A stretch of DNA of 47,479 nt from Klebsormidium nitens (lineage: Eukaryota; Plantae; Klebsormidiophyceae). Position numbers and translations under genes: made by a program. The notes beneath the pieces were generated by a model, which was not told the origin of the DNA, ran no database searches, and was given only the letters and a program-made list of their open reading frames with translations. Numbering within the stretch: the stretch's first letter is position 1; each line of letters opens with the position of its first letter. Below are positions 1 to 11,200 of this stretch, piece by piece. Location: positions 26,121 to 73,599 of the forward strand of contig DF237426.1 of NCBI GenBank assembly GCA_000708835.1. The letters run 5' to 3'.

Positions 1-3000
1 GGTTGCCTTGCAAATCTCCTTCGTCTACCACTAACCATTGCAGACCATAAGTCTATAAGTCTTATTTCTCAATTCTTTTTCTTTCCAGGATTTTTCTATG
101 CTACCTTAGGCACCTATATCTTATAAGAAAAAAGATCTGCATTCGAGCTCTTTTGGACTTTTAGGCTGCCAACGGCATTTGCAGATCGGGAGCAGATCAC
201 TCACTCTTCTTCATCACGTGTTGCATGAGCTAGCTTCCACAATACATGTGTGCTACGCAACTCAATACGCAACGCCTGTAATTGATTGAAGTGCCGTGAG
301 AATGACCGCGTGTATTGATCGAAGAGTGCGGGCTAATTGTTCAAGGTAATTGCTATTTACGGTCAGATCTACATTCAAGCAACGTCAATAACTTAAGAGG
401 CAATCCCGTACTGCCGGAGTCCACGTGTCTGCTCTTCCAGCTATCCGTAGCTTAGGGTCATCGACTCTCCTTAGCTTCGAATTTCGCCCGCTAACGACGT
501 TAGCTAGAATGACCAAGAACGCATCTAGGCTAGAGAACCAAGCTAGCACCTTGAATTTGACCAGGAACGAGTTGCAGCTCTCAACAGCGGAGGAGTTGAC
601 AAAGCGCACAGCATCATACAAGTCTGTGGGAAGGAAAGAAGAGCAAGGTTGACAAGTGGATTGAAAGCAAGGTATGCTGAACACAATCAAGTTGCCCCAA
701 GCCACTCATCTCGCAAGATTTGACTTCCGCTTGCCCAGGTACTCACCCGGATTAAACCCTGGCCCACACTTGTGCGCCTCGGCATCAGTTCGTTGGAAGT
801 GGAACCTGCAGGGCAATGGAAGAATTGAAGTGTCCAGCTGCCGTTTGAAGCTGTATGCGTCTATGGTCCGTGGCAATGCTTTCGAGATTCTTTCCTCGGA
901 CCTCCTACCCAAAAGTTCTCAGCCCCCTCGATCTGCCGTCCAGGGAACTTGTAGCTATCATAGCTGAAACCTACGTCTGCTTCTGACAACCGTTTTTGCC
1001 AAATCCTGCCAGATGCTCTTGGGATTCACCGCCCCAGTGACCACTGCAATGAGATTGAGTACGCTGATCATGGGAGGTATGCCCCCAGTCTTGTGATGCG
1101 AGAGCCGCGAAACTCCTCAAAGAGATCGCTCTCCAAGACGAGGTCAGTGTTTTTTTCTGCTTCTGCAAGCCTGCTGTTGTCGCTACTCTCACAATGACTT
1201 CCTCAGCTGCCGGTTCAACTTCTGAGGCTGGGACAGCAGACTTTAGCTGGACTATCTCCACGCTTTTGTGATTATTGTCGGAAGAGGCACCCAAGGCCGC
1301 GAGCAAGATCTTTAGCTCCGCCTGCACGTGCTCGGACTGGGATGGACGCAATTCTATGCCCACGTAGACTCCAGCCCTTGCACTCTTACACATCATGTGG
1401 CAAACAATTGATGCCTAGCTGCCCTGATTATTTTGCCGGACTTTAAGCATCCTGCCTCAGAGCACTTGCATTTGGATGTAGGATGGAAGGGCAGCACAAG
1501 GTTTCGCTCACCGGTCCACAAGGAAGCGGACATCCGCAAAGAACGCGGGCTCGCGCCTCATGCAGTAAGCCTGGAGCTTGCAGGCGTTGTCGTAGAAGAG
1601 GTAGTCCAGGAGGTGCCGTCGGTGGAGGCGCGTGTAGAGCACGGTGAACGGGTCATGAGGGGACTCGCCCCGCAACATGACATGGAACCCGTAGATGACT
1701 CTGTGAGGGCAGCAGAACACGAACCCGCCCTTGGTGTGCTGCTGCAGTCGCTTCGCGGTCTTCACACTGCTCTTGGTATTGATCTCAGCGTCGAACTGGC
1801 CCACTGTGAGCTCGCTCCGGCAGCGATGTACTTCCTGCCGATCAATCGACCTTCCAAGCGCATCCTCGAACGGCTTGTACTGGGGGAGAGGCCGCTTCTG
1901 CTCCCAGCCCGGCAGGGGGTAGCAGCCCAGCTCGCGTTGCTCTTTACAGAAGGGATGGTCGGGGGAAAGGGCATGGGGTTCAGCGCCGTCGGCCTCGAGC
2001 CCCAATCTCTCGCGCAGAAGGTAGAGCTTCGCCTGGAAAAGAGGGTACTGCTGCGGAGCTGGCGGAGTTAGGCTTTCGACCCCGGGCAGCAGCTCGCTGG
2101 CACGTGCCTCCCAGAAGCGAAACGGATCCAGCTGCTGAGCGTCCGGAGGGACTCCCTGCGTGCGGAAATCTCGAGCCAGGCTCACGCAGTGGTCTAGCCC
2201 TTCGATGGCCGAGAGCGCCCACCCTGCTCGATCCACACCCAGGCCGCACGCCCCCCGACCGAATAGAGTGAGGCGATAGAGGTGGTGCAGAGCGGGCATG
2301 AAGAAGTCTGGGAAGACGTCGCCGTAGTGGTCGAGCAGCCGCCGCAAAACCGGCGCATGCTCAGCCAAGGTGGCTTTGTCTTCGCCGGTTGCAGCGCCAC
2401 CGAGGAGGAGCTTTCGCACGACGGCCAGCGCCCGTCCGTGCTGAATGAGGTTCGAGTCGTCCGAGACGGAGAGAGGGGCGCCCAGCCCGTAGAGGAGCTC
2501 CGACCACTTGCCGGGGCAGAGCGGGGGCCAGCGCGGATTCTCACGCAGCGCCTCCCTCTCGATTCCATCAAGGAGCTCGAACATGGATTGGTTCTTTGAG
2601 CGAATCTGGCCGGTCTGCTCCATCAGGATGCGCCGCCTCCAGTGAAGAAGAACGGGGTCTGCATCAGCATCATCTGGGTCGGGCACGAAGTGGCTCACTG
2701 CTTCGACGTCAGCCCGCTCGAGCGCAACCTGCATGAGACACAAGGAACCGTCAGCACCCAGCGCAACGTGAATTAAAAGTTGCTTCATTTGTACATAAGA
2801 ATTCAGGCAACTTCTGACTGATGTGCCACGTCAGCGCTTCGTGCAACAGAGTCAGATCTCGCTCGCATCTCTAAAGAAGATCAGGCGACTTCTGACTTAT
2901 CATAGATGCGCGTCACAAAGTGCACTTGTGTGGTCAGGTAGTGACAGATTCCTGTCTAGCTTTTGTCAGATGTATATATGAAAGTCTGATGCAAAACCTG

Positions 3001-4040
3001 GACAGAGGAGGCGGCAGTGAGAAACAAGGATGCCGCTCTGGCCATGTACCGACCACTTACCAGGAGCTCTTGGTACTCGATTGGAGCCAGGGACTTCCCA
3101 AGTTCAGGATCTCTCGGATGACGCCCACTGAAACGCGCAAGCAGCGTCCGCAGCTCAGGCTGGATCAGAAGACGCCGCTTCATCCCCCGTCCCTCGAGAG
3201 ACGCAGCGCAGAAGTTGATGCCCGCCTCCATGGTCTTCTCCACGTTGACCCCAGCAGAGTCCTGGCTCGGCGCTGTGAACGGGCGCACGGCTGCTGCTTT
3301 GGTCCCTGACAAACCCCCCTTCTGCCGCCCACCGTCAGCGCAAGCCAAGCCAGCGATGCCGTCACACAGAAGTACCTGTCAAGACCAAGAGAGTGGATCG
3401 GACCAGCGCGCTACAAGTGATGAGTGCAACAAAATCTCACTTTTCGAGCAGTCTTTCACCCTTGCGGGAGGTTGCTGATGGTCATGAGACCTCATGCACT
3501 GGTGATCCTAGCGACGCGCTGACGGGGGCCTTCAAATTGGAAACAGGGACACGCCCTCTCGATGGGGTCTCCCTCCTCTGCAAAGACTCTGCAGAGCTCA
3601 GCGCTCAGTATCTCCGCACCAAGCGGTGCCTTTGAGCAAGGGCACTGACCTTTGGATGCAGCCCGCAGATGCTGCAGCATTCGAGGATGGACCGTCCGCA
3701 CAGCCTGAAGAAGCCCAGGCTCGCCTTGCGCCAGGTCTCTTCCGAGAGGAGCACCGCACTTGGTTTGTACTGCCGCCGGACTTCCGCACACGCTGATATG
3801 AAGCCGTTGGAAGCCGAGCCAGACTCTTGGACGGACCGCAGCAGAAGCTGGCACGACGCTTGGGTGACGATGACCGAACTGGTCCAGGCAAAGAGGCCAA
3901 GGGCTTCTCCATTGAAGTGGAGTGTATGTTTTTCAGGGCAGCCGCATGAATAGATGCAGACCTTCACCTGCAGCGGAGAATAAGCCTTGTTGGAAAAGGC
4001 AGACCAGACATGGCAGGGGGCTTCCAAACTTCCGAAGCTT

Positions 4041-4315
4041 CGCTGTCTAGCTTTTGCATTTGAGATATATATAAAGAAGTGGCAGAAACTAGACAGCCAT
4101 CCGCTGATGACCACAAGTGGGCACGTGCCTTTTTGGCGGGCAAGGGAATCAGAGCTTTTGGCAACTATTCCATGAAGGAAAAGGCAATCCTGATGGGTGT
4201 GGAAGAGACTCTAAGCTTCCATTCTGCGCTGTCTAGGTTTTGCATGAGAGATACATATGAAGAGATGACAGAAACCAGACGGCCAGCCGCCGATGCCCTC
4301 AAGTGGGCACGTGCC
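4041..4315. repeat. Diverged 89-bp direct repeat (186-bp period) inside a KDZ intron
   Basis: 4041-4129 (cgctgtctag...aagtgggcacgtgcc) aligns without gaps to 4227-4315, within intron 4435-3968. Confidence 0.85.
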
Positions 4316-6499
4316 CCGACAACAATTCAAGTAGGTACAATTCAAGCAGGCTTCAGTTTCTTTGCAGCGCCTGCAAGTTTTCCAGCGATCCATGCGCAAA
4401 TGCCACGTAACGCCTGGATGTCCAGGCGGTCTCACCTCTTGCGACCACTGCAGTGAGTAGATGTGCGCAGTTTGCCAGAGCCCCATTCATTCGGTGTTGC
4501 AGGGGGGAGGCGCTCTGGGGCAGGGGGCTGACAGGCACTCCATGGCGCTGAGCTCCGCGAAGTCCCGCGCTGCAAGCTCACTGACCCTCACAGGTTCGCG
4601 CAACAGGGTGACCTCAGGGTCATGCACATCCCAGCTGTCTACAAGGCGCACCAGCTTTGGGATCTCGACCTGGACCCCCTCTGCCTCCATAGGAAGCACC
4701 ACCGCAACGCGCCCTGACACGCCATGTTTGCAAACCCTTGAAGGACAAGCGCAGCTCGTGCAAACAGGGACCATGACCTCGCCACGCCTTCCCACGCCGA
4801 CGCCACTGCAGCCCTCGACCTCTGAGTCCTCGCAGCTGCGCGCGTCGCCTGCCGCCATCGGCTCTGCTGCATCATGTCCCCTGGCGGCCCAGAAGTGTTT
4901 GCCCCTCCGCTTCACCCCTCGCTTCGCCTCAACAGCTGCACCTCCGTCCACTTGCTCCGATCGAGCCCGCTTCCCGCTTGCAGACGCAGAGCTACAGCAT
5001 CTGGACGCACACGCCTCGCCGCCCAGATCGACGCCGCCAAACAGCGTAGGATGCTGCTTGCAGAAGCAGCTTTCCCCCTTGCAGGTCGCCTCGTGGTGGC
5101 CGCCAATGACTAGCTCGAGGAGATTCGCTTCTAGCTCTGCAGAAGCATCCACTGAGGGGGAGCCCTCGTCTCCAGCCGGACCTTGTGCACCAGCCGCGCA
5201 CCTCTCACGGGTGCCACGCGCTGCTGCGCCGCCTGCCTCAATTCGTACAACGCCTCCCCCCCGATGAACGGAAACAAGGGCCCGCTCTAGCTGCTCCTCT
5301 GAAAATAGACATCCGCTAAGCCTTGGAACGCCTTCTGGTCGCTGCAGAGCGCTCTTCACCTCTAGGATGTGGCTGCAGTCAGCTGTCTTTGAGCAACCGC
5401 CTTGCCTCCCCTCGCAGTACCAGGGAAACCGCTCGCTGGCGCCGAAGTGAACCATCGTCCTGTGCGGCGAGGGGGACGCTGCGTTCCAGTAGACACCAAA
5501 CACACGCTCTCCAGGTCTACAAGGTGCCTCAACCACCCTGGCGCCCCTCTGCAGAGAGATGTGGCTCGCTTGCCTTGGCCCTTCCAGCGCTTGTAGCGCG
5601 AGCTTGTGAACGCAAGGGGCTCCAAAGAAGAGCCGCCCCCGATCGCAGGTGCAGCTTGCGGCTCCTGAGGTGTCCCAGTGGACCGTCTCTAAGAGCGCGC
5701 GCACCTTGCTGGGCCGGCCAAGAGGTTTGAGCCGTGCGGCGTTGTGGTCCCAAGTTGTCGCCAGGTAGACAGAGCTGGCGGAGTCCTCCTCGCCGACAGT
5801 GTAGAGGACGCAGTGTCCAGCCTTGATGCCGGCGAGGAACTTAGCGGCTTGAGCAGCGACTGTCAGCCGGCCTTCTGCGTCGCGCGTCTCTGTTGGCGAA
5901 GCGCAAGGAGGACTCTGCACAAGGCGCATTGTTCAGTCAACTACTTGATGAGGCGCAATCCACCAGCAGGATTGCTGCAGGGCTTTGATTCCTCTGTCTC
6001 CAATCTGCCTCCCATTCTGGAGCCTTGCATTTAATGAATCAGCCCAGCTCAGAAGTCAGTGGCAATGCGTCTCCAATTTGCACTCAATCACAAGAAGACA
6101 AGAAGCAGCAGTTCGCAGTTCTGGCAGTGGGAGGGGCCTCACCGCTGCTGGCGGCTTCCGTGCTACCTCTCCAACTCTGCGCCCTCTGTTCAGCGCTGCT
6201 TCTGCTGCAGTGCTTGCGCGGTGGCCCCCAGCCGCAAGTCGCGCCTCCTCCCCCTTGGCTTGCAGTGCAACAACGTCCTCGCTCAGCAACACTTTCACCT
6301 GCCGCCATGACTCCGCTGGTGCTGAGCGCTCAAACCACACCTCTGCTGCACCCACCGACCCTCTCGTCTCAACAGTCACTGCAGTGCTGGTGGTAGAAAT
6401 AGTTCCAACAAGGTTCTTCACACACTCCAGACACACGGGCTGCTCTTTTCTCTGGCCTTTCACCCTTGAGCTTGGATCGGACACTGCAAAACCCTTGAG

Positions 6500-7069
6500 C
6501 CCGGGGTGGCAACTCCCAGTTTTAAAACATGGTATGTGCGGATTAAAACAAGAGGTTAGGCTGTTTTGCAAACTTAAAACGCCTTTTTAAAACGTTTTAA
6601 TACTGTTTTAAAACCGTGGAAAAGGTTGATATTGTACGATTTTCCTTGTTTTTATAGCGGCTATCGACTATTTGCAACTTCGTGTGTATCATGGAAGTAG
6701 GCCCGAGTATATTACAAGGCCAAAATAGGGTATAAGGGCCTTGAAACATTGATCTGACCTGTTTTAATATGGATTGCAAGCGTTTTAAAACGTTTTACTG
6801 TTTTATTTAATTTATAAAACGGGCTATTTTTGGGTCCGCCTAACCCGCAGATACATGTAGTAAAACATCGGCGTTTTAAAATGAGATAAAAGCGTTTTAC
6901 TTTCCGTGGGGAGGGCCAAATTTAAAAACGAGTAGTGTATTGGGAACTACAGACAAAGGGCTATCCAATGATATGAAACAAAACGCCGATCGCCTTTGTT
7001 TTCAATCGGTTTTTAAGAAAGGCGAATTTAAAACAACATCTGTTTTAAAGTTGGAGTTGCCACCCCGAG
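6500..7069. mobile_element. 570-bp non-autonomous TIR element (MITE) with 8-bp TSD CCCTTGAG
   Basis: The left end CCCGGGGTGGCAACTCCCAGTTTTAAAACA (from 6500) and the reverse complement of the right end CTCGGGGTGGCAACTCCAACTTTAAAACA (from 7069) form an imperfect TIR of ~30 bp. CCCTTGAG lies at 6492-6499 and 7070-7077. The interior is AT-rich with repeated TTTTAAAA/CGTTTTAAAACG palindromes. Removal fuses ORFs 7045..7386 and 6056..6571 in frame (...KGQELKG-FAVSD...). Confidence 0.9.
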
Positions 7070-7455
7070 CCCTTGAGCTCCTGGCCTTTTCGAAAGTCCA
7101 GCACGCAGCCATTGGCATTGGGCTTTATGAGACTCTGCTTGCAAAGTGCGCACTTGGAGGCCAAAGACTCGGGTGACAGGAAACTCGGATCTAATACAAG
7201 CTCTCCCCTGCTGATTGCCCTCAGAGTTGCAGGGTGAAAGAACTGCAAGTGAGCTGTAGAAGTGGTGCCAGCCGCTGGTGGTGGCACCGGCTCGCTCCTT
7301 TGGTGTGCTGTGCTTGTGCCACAGGCACCGGCGGACTTGCACTGCTGGTGTCGGAGCTCCAACTGGGCTACATCATGAGCTTGCATGGTTGGATCCTGGA
7401 GAGCTTTCGGAGGTCGGGACTTCTGGGGGTTATGGCGACCAGGTCCGTAGCGCGG

Positions 7456-7463
7456 TATTTATA
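7456..7463 (-). promoter_or_regulatory. Candidate TATA box of the transposase gene
   Basis: TATAAATA on the minus strand, ~70 bp upstream of the ATG at 7386 (context CAACCATG). Confidence 0.45.
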
Positions 7464-8291
7464 GGCCATTGGGACAACCGGTCGGTCATTCAGTCGATAG
7501 CAGGCCCTTATTGGTTTGAAAAGGACTTCCCCCGGTCGCACAGGTCCGGCCACGTAAGTCCAAAACCTTCTGCCCGCTTACGTGGTCTGAATTACGTCGT
7601 TTTCCCTAACCGTCTCAACCGCCGGGCTACGTAAGAGGGCCGCTCGGCACTGGTTGAAGGCCCAATATCCAGCAGGGGGCTCCGGCCCAACATTCCTCTA
7701 CGGCACATTTTCCTGGCTTCCGTCACTTTGCCGGTTCTTGCCGGCAGGCACACCCGCGGCGCTCAATCGACGCCGTCGTTGAGCCTTTCGGCACAGACAT
7801 GCATCCTGGACCGTTGAGATAATGCCATTCAACTGTTGGTGCCCCCGGATTTTGTGCTGCGGGTTGTACAGTAGACCGGCAACCCGCCGGCTATCAGACG
7901 TCGAAGTTTCTGGCGGCTAAGATTTGAAAGGAGGGCCGCCAGTTCCGCCAGTTTGCATTTTGTGAAACAATACCCTAAAAAGTCTCGCACCTTGAGACAT
8001 GACGAAATAGTTCACACTTCTGCGAATTGGAGGCGCCTTCTTTGGCAAGCTTCTCTTCGGGTTCTGAACATTTGTATCGTTGATCCTTGAAGCATCTGAT
8101 TGTAGAAAGCCCTGCGGCTGACAGAATCCAACCACATCAATGCTGCCAAGGCAATTGAGCAAGTTAAAAACGGTTTCGTCAACCTACGCCATGCAGAGTC
8201 AGCTTTGAACTGCCCTTCTCTTACAGACCCCTTTTCTGAAACCGTTTCGGGTGCTATCCTTGCTCGATAGAAGCTTGTTTGTCACGGTAAA

Positions 8292-11200
8292 ATGGCCAAT
8301 CAGGGGACTGCCAACGGCCGGGGCTACAATGTGTTCAAGCTGCTGTTGATTGGAGACGCAGGTGAGCAACGACTTTCGGAATGGATCCCTTGAGCCGCGT
8401 ACCGTTCTACATGCTCCTCAATAGTACTAGCATCTCAACCGTCTCTTTGAAATCTTGGAATTGCTCGCAGACATTCGTTGTACGTCAAGCTGGAGCGACA
8501 AAGAATGTGGATAATTCTTAGATACGTTTGTGATGGTGACCCAGAGTGACAGTTTGAGCTTTTCAAAAGGTGGCTTTTGCCTCTGAGTGATCACAAGTTT
8601 GGTGGTGCAGGAGTTGGCAAGTCTTGCATACTCCTCCGCTTTGCAGACGACACGTTTCGAGGTAAGTGAACAAGCTGCATTGCGGAGTTCCTGAGCGTTT
8701 GATTGACTTTCTACTATGATCAAATATGCAGAGGCGACAAACATTTATGGAATCTGCATGCAGAGTTAGTTTCAAAGAAGTCTGCAATCGCCGCAAAGCT
8801 ATGTCTTACATTGGACATGACGGCAAAGTTTACGCATGCATCAGATGCTATTTCCATTTCAGGGATTCAATTTTGAAGTATCGAAGTATTTGACAGTCAT
8901 TGTCGGCTCAGAGCCTGAGAAAATGAAACCGTTCAGCGCTGAAACCCACAGGATAGTTGTGAGAGCTGCACTCAGGCACTGTTTGGACTCAGTACAAGTG
9001 CTTTACTTGTGGGCTTCACATGTGGGGCACAGTTGAATCGGTCTATCTGCTGCTGAAGGCTCCTGGTGTCGCTTCTCCAGAAAGTCCTACGGGTCTGTTG
9101 TACCACTATAGCACTTGCTGAGAAAAACGAGATGGTTTAAAGACACTCGACCAATAAAGCTTCTCTGTCTGGTCAGAGGTCTTCCGTCTTGCTTGTTCAT
9201 GTAGAGGATATAGCCTAAGTAAACATTGCTGTGTCCAAGCGTTCTGGTCTTGAATGACACAAAATGACCACTATCTAATACCCCTTGGGCAGAGTCGTAT
9301 ATGTCAACAATCGGAATGGACTTTCGGATACGCACGTTGCACATGGAGAATGATGAGGTGGGTAGCCAGTACTCAATGCTTTCCCCGCTTTGTCACAAGC
9401 CTCAGGCTTTGAGAATGCTTGGCCCATGAATATTGGTTGTTTCGTCCCTGCCTATAGTATACCCTAAAGCTAAGCGATCTGTAGGAAGCATAGGTCGCGT
9501 GGATACCCCCGGTTGTTGACACTGTCGTTCGTCTTGAAAGGCCAAACGATTTCAAGCGCCTGAAAGTTTGACGGGAACAGGTTTTCCTTCGATCTTCGAT
9601 GGCAAGCGTCTGGCCGCCTCCGGTCCGTGAGATGTAACCGGTCACATATCGAGAGCCCACAAATGTGTATGCAGCCCATTTTGGTCCTAATGATGGATAG
9701 TCAGTAAGCAACGAACAGAGCGCAAAATATTCGGCTCAAGGCCGATTCTCTTTTCCAGTCGTGTTCTTCCCCAAGTCTTGCTTCTCATAAGAGAAGTGTG
9801 TTTCCCTGCAGGTTGTGAAGCTGCAAATATGGTAGGCCCGCTTGCTCATAGTAACGCTTACCTTTGTTCCTCTGTAGCTTAACGTTTTTGGAGCTCAACA
9901 CTCGTCTCTGTGTCCAATCGCGGATCGGCGTGGTATCTACGTTTAGCCGGACCTTCCTGTCTACAAAAGAGGATGTCTTACATCTGATTTGGACCGGAGT
10001 GGTTCTTCCCGCCGGCTTCAACTCGCTTGCTACGTATCTGTTTGGATGCAACTTTACGCTCTGCTTTGGACCCCAGACGTTTTGTACGGCAATCACTATC
10101 CTGCTCTGAAACTTCTACAAACAAACTCTTTGGGCGCCTAACCGAAGCAAGCGACGCTGCGGGTTTAAGCCTGCACTAACCCTTCGCTAACCCGCCCTAG
10201 TCCGCGTTCCGCAGGGACACGGCAGGCCAGGAGCGCTTTCGAACAATAACGAGCCCGTACTACAGGTAAGCGCCCGGTTATGAATCATAGAACAGCCTAG
10301 ACGCAATGCTACGGTTGGAAGAGATTGGCCCCCTTATTCATGACAAATTTATTATGGTCGTATACCCGCCAAGCTTCACGAGCTGCCCAGTTCGTTGGGC
10401 AAGGTTTTCGTAACCATCGGAATGCTGGAAGGGCGGTAACAATGTCTTGCAAGTCGCCTTGAATTTCGCCAGTCACTGATTGCACGAGGGCTAGCATGCA
10501 AACATCATCTTACGAGATTGGCCAGACCGCGATTGATTTCTTGGCTTGTCAACAGGTCGATACGATTTGATCTGTTACACCACCCTGCGAATACGTCTTC
10601 GAGTTTGCCGAAGAATTTCAGCTAGGTTGATGAAATCGGATTTGTCAAATCTGCAGGAGAGAAATATGAAGCGTTGTTATATCCGCTGTGCTTGAACGTA
10701 TCAGCTTCGGGCCACTTCAAGGGAATACTTCGATCCTAAAATCCCCTCAGCTTGCAACTTTCGAAGTTTTGAAGGATTCTGGTCCCAGAAACCGAAACGA
10801 AAAATTCGAAGTCCAAGTCATGTGCGATGTTTTCTTGAGTGTCCGCTTTAGCGGGGGTTGAATGGATCGGTTTCTGGTAAACGCCGTTAAGCCGGGCCAA
10901 ATTTGAGCACCTAAGATAGAAAGCCACCTCCGAGGAAACGACCAGAATAACACCAAGCCCCAACTTGAAAAAGCCCTGAAACCCCAAGCGTCACATTATT
11001 CTGCAGGGGGCGCGAACGGATTGTTGTCGCACACGCCGTAAAATCAGCTTCGAGCACGGTGGATCAAGTTTTCCACAATTGGTACGAAAGTTTTGAAAGT
11101 CAAAGAACTTGCAGACTCTGAATGTTGCATTTTCTGCAGGGGCGCGAACAGGATCATCGTTGTATACGCCGTGAACGACCAGACGAGCTTCGAGCTCATG

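Larger units (their letters stand above)
385..7386 (-). pseudogene. Spliced KDZ (Kyakuja-Dileera-Zisupton) transposase-like gene, ~1,430 codons, inactivated by a nonsense codon and a MITE insertion
   Basis: Exons (minus): 7386-6143 (interrupted by insert 6500-7069 plus TSD), 5914-4436, 3967-3650, 3375-3061, 2728-1512, 805-747, 623-385. All introns are GT-AG with matching phases. Motifs in order: CALC...CLEC finger; SWIM-like CTC...PCVH and C...C...CSH; CxC-type region C-G-C...GLF...CSICG-HPK; spliced VLLCDG (first acidic residue); GGFVFCCPH...GES; YDNAC (second); spliced DR|FH...HKC...FNP|D; NSSAVESCNS (Glu). In-frame TGA at 4489-4487. These match the known KDZ transposase core (Pfam KDZ family), recognised from memory. 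Confidence 0.88.
385..7463 (-). mobile_element. KDZ/Zisupton-like DNA transposon copy (termini not resolved in this window)
   Basis: Inferred from the transposase gene above. No terminal inverted repeat or TSD pair flanking the gene was found; the 3' end may lie left of position 1. Confidence 0.7.

Noticed and set aside
1433-2599. Plus-strand ORFs 1433..2071 and 2282..2599
   Set aside because: Antisense shadows of the GC-rich transposase exon, with no motifs.
4487-4489. TGA as selenocysteine or programmed readthrough
   Set aside because: Trp fits the context, the copy has an independent inactivating insertion, and no SECIS-like evidence was identified.
6497-7072. Alternative 6-bp TSD (GAGCCC) with GGGG...CCCC termini for the first MITE
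   Set aside because: Excision with a 6-bp TSD leaves the transposase exon out of frame (stop after ...QAQG), whereas the 8/9-bp solution restores it.
7400-8290. Right terminus of the KDZ element (short hairpins at ~7858-7886 and ~7910-7942)
   Set aside because: The 8-bp stems are expected by chance in GC-rich DNA, and no matching inverted repeat was found in positions 1-384.
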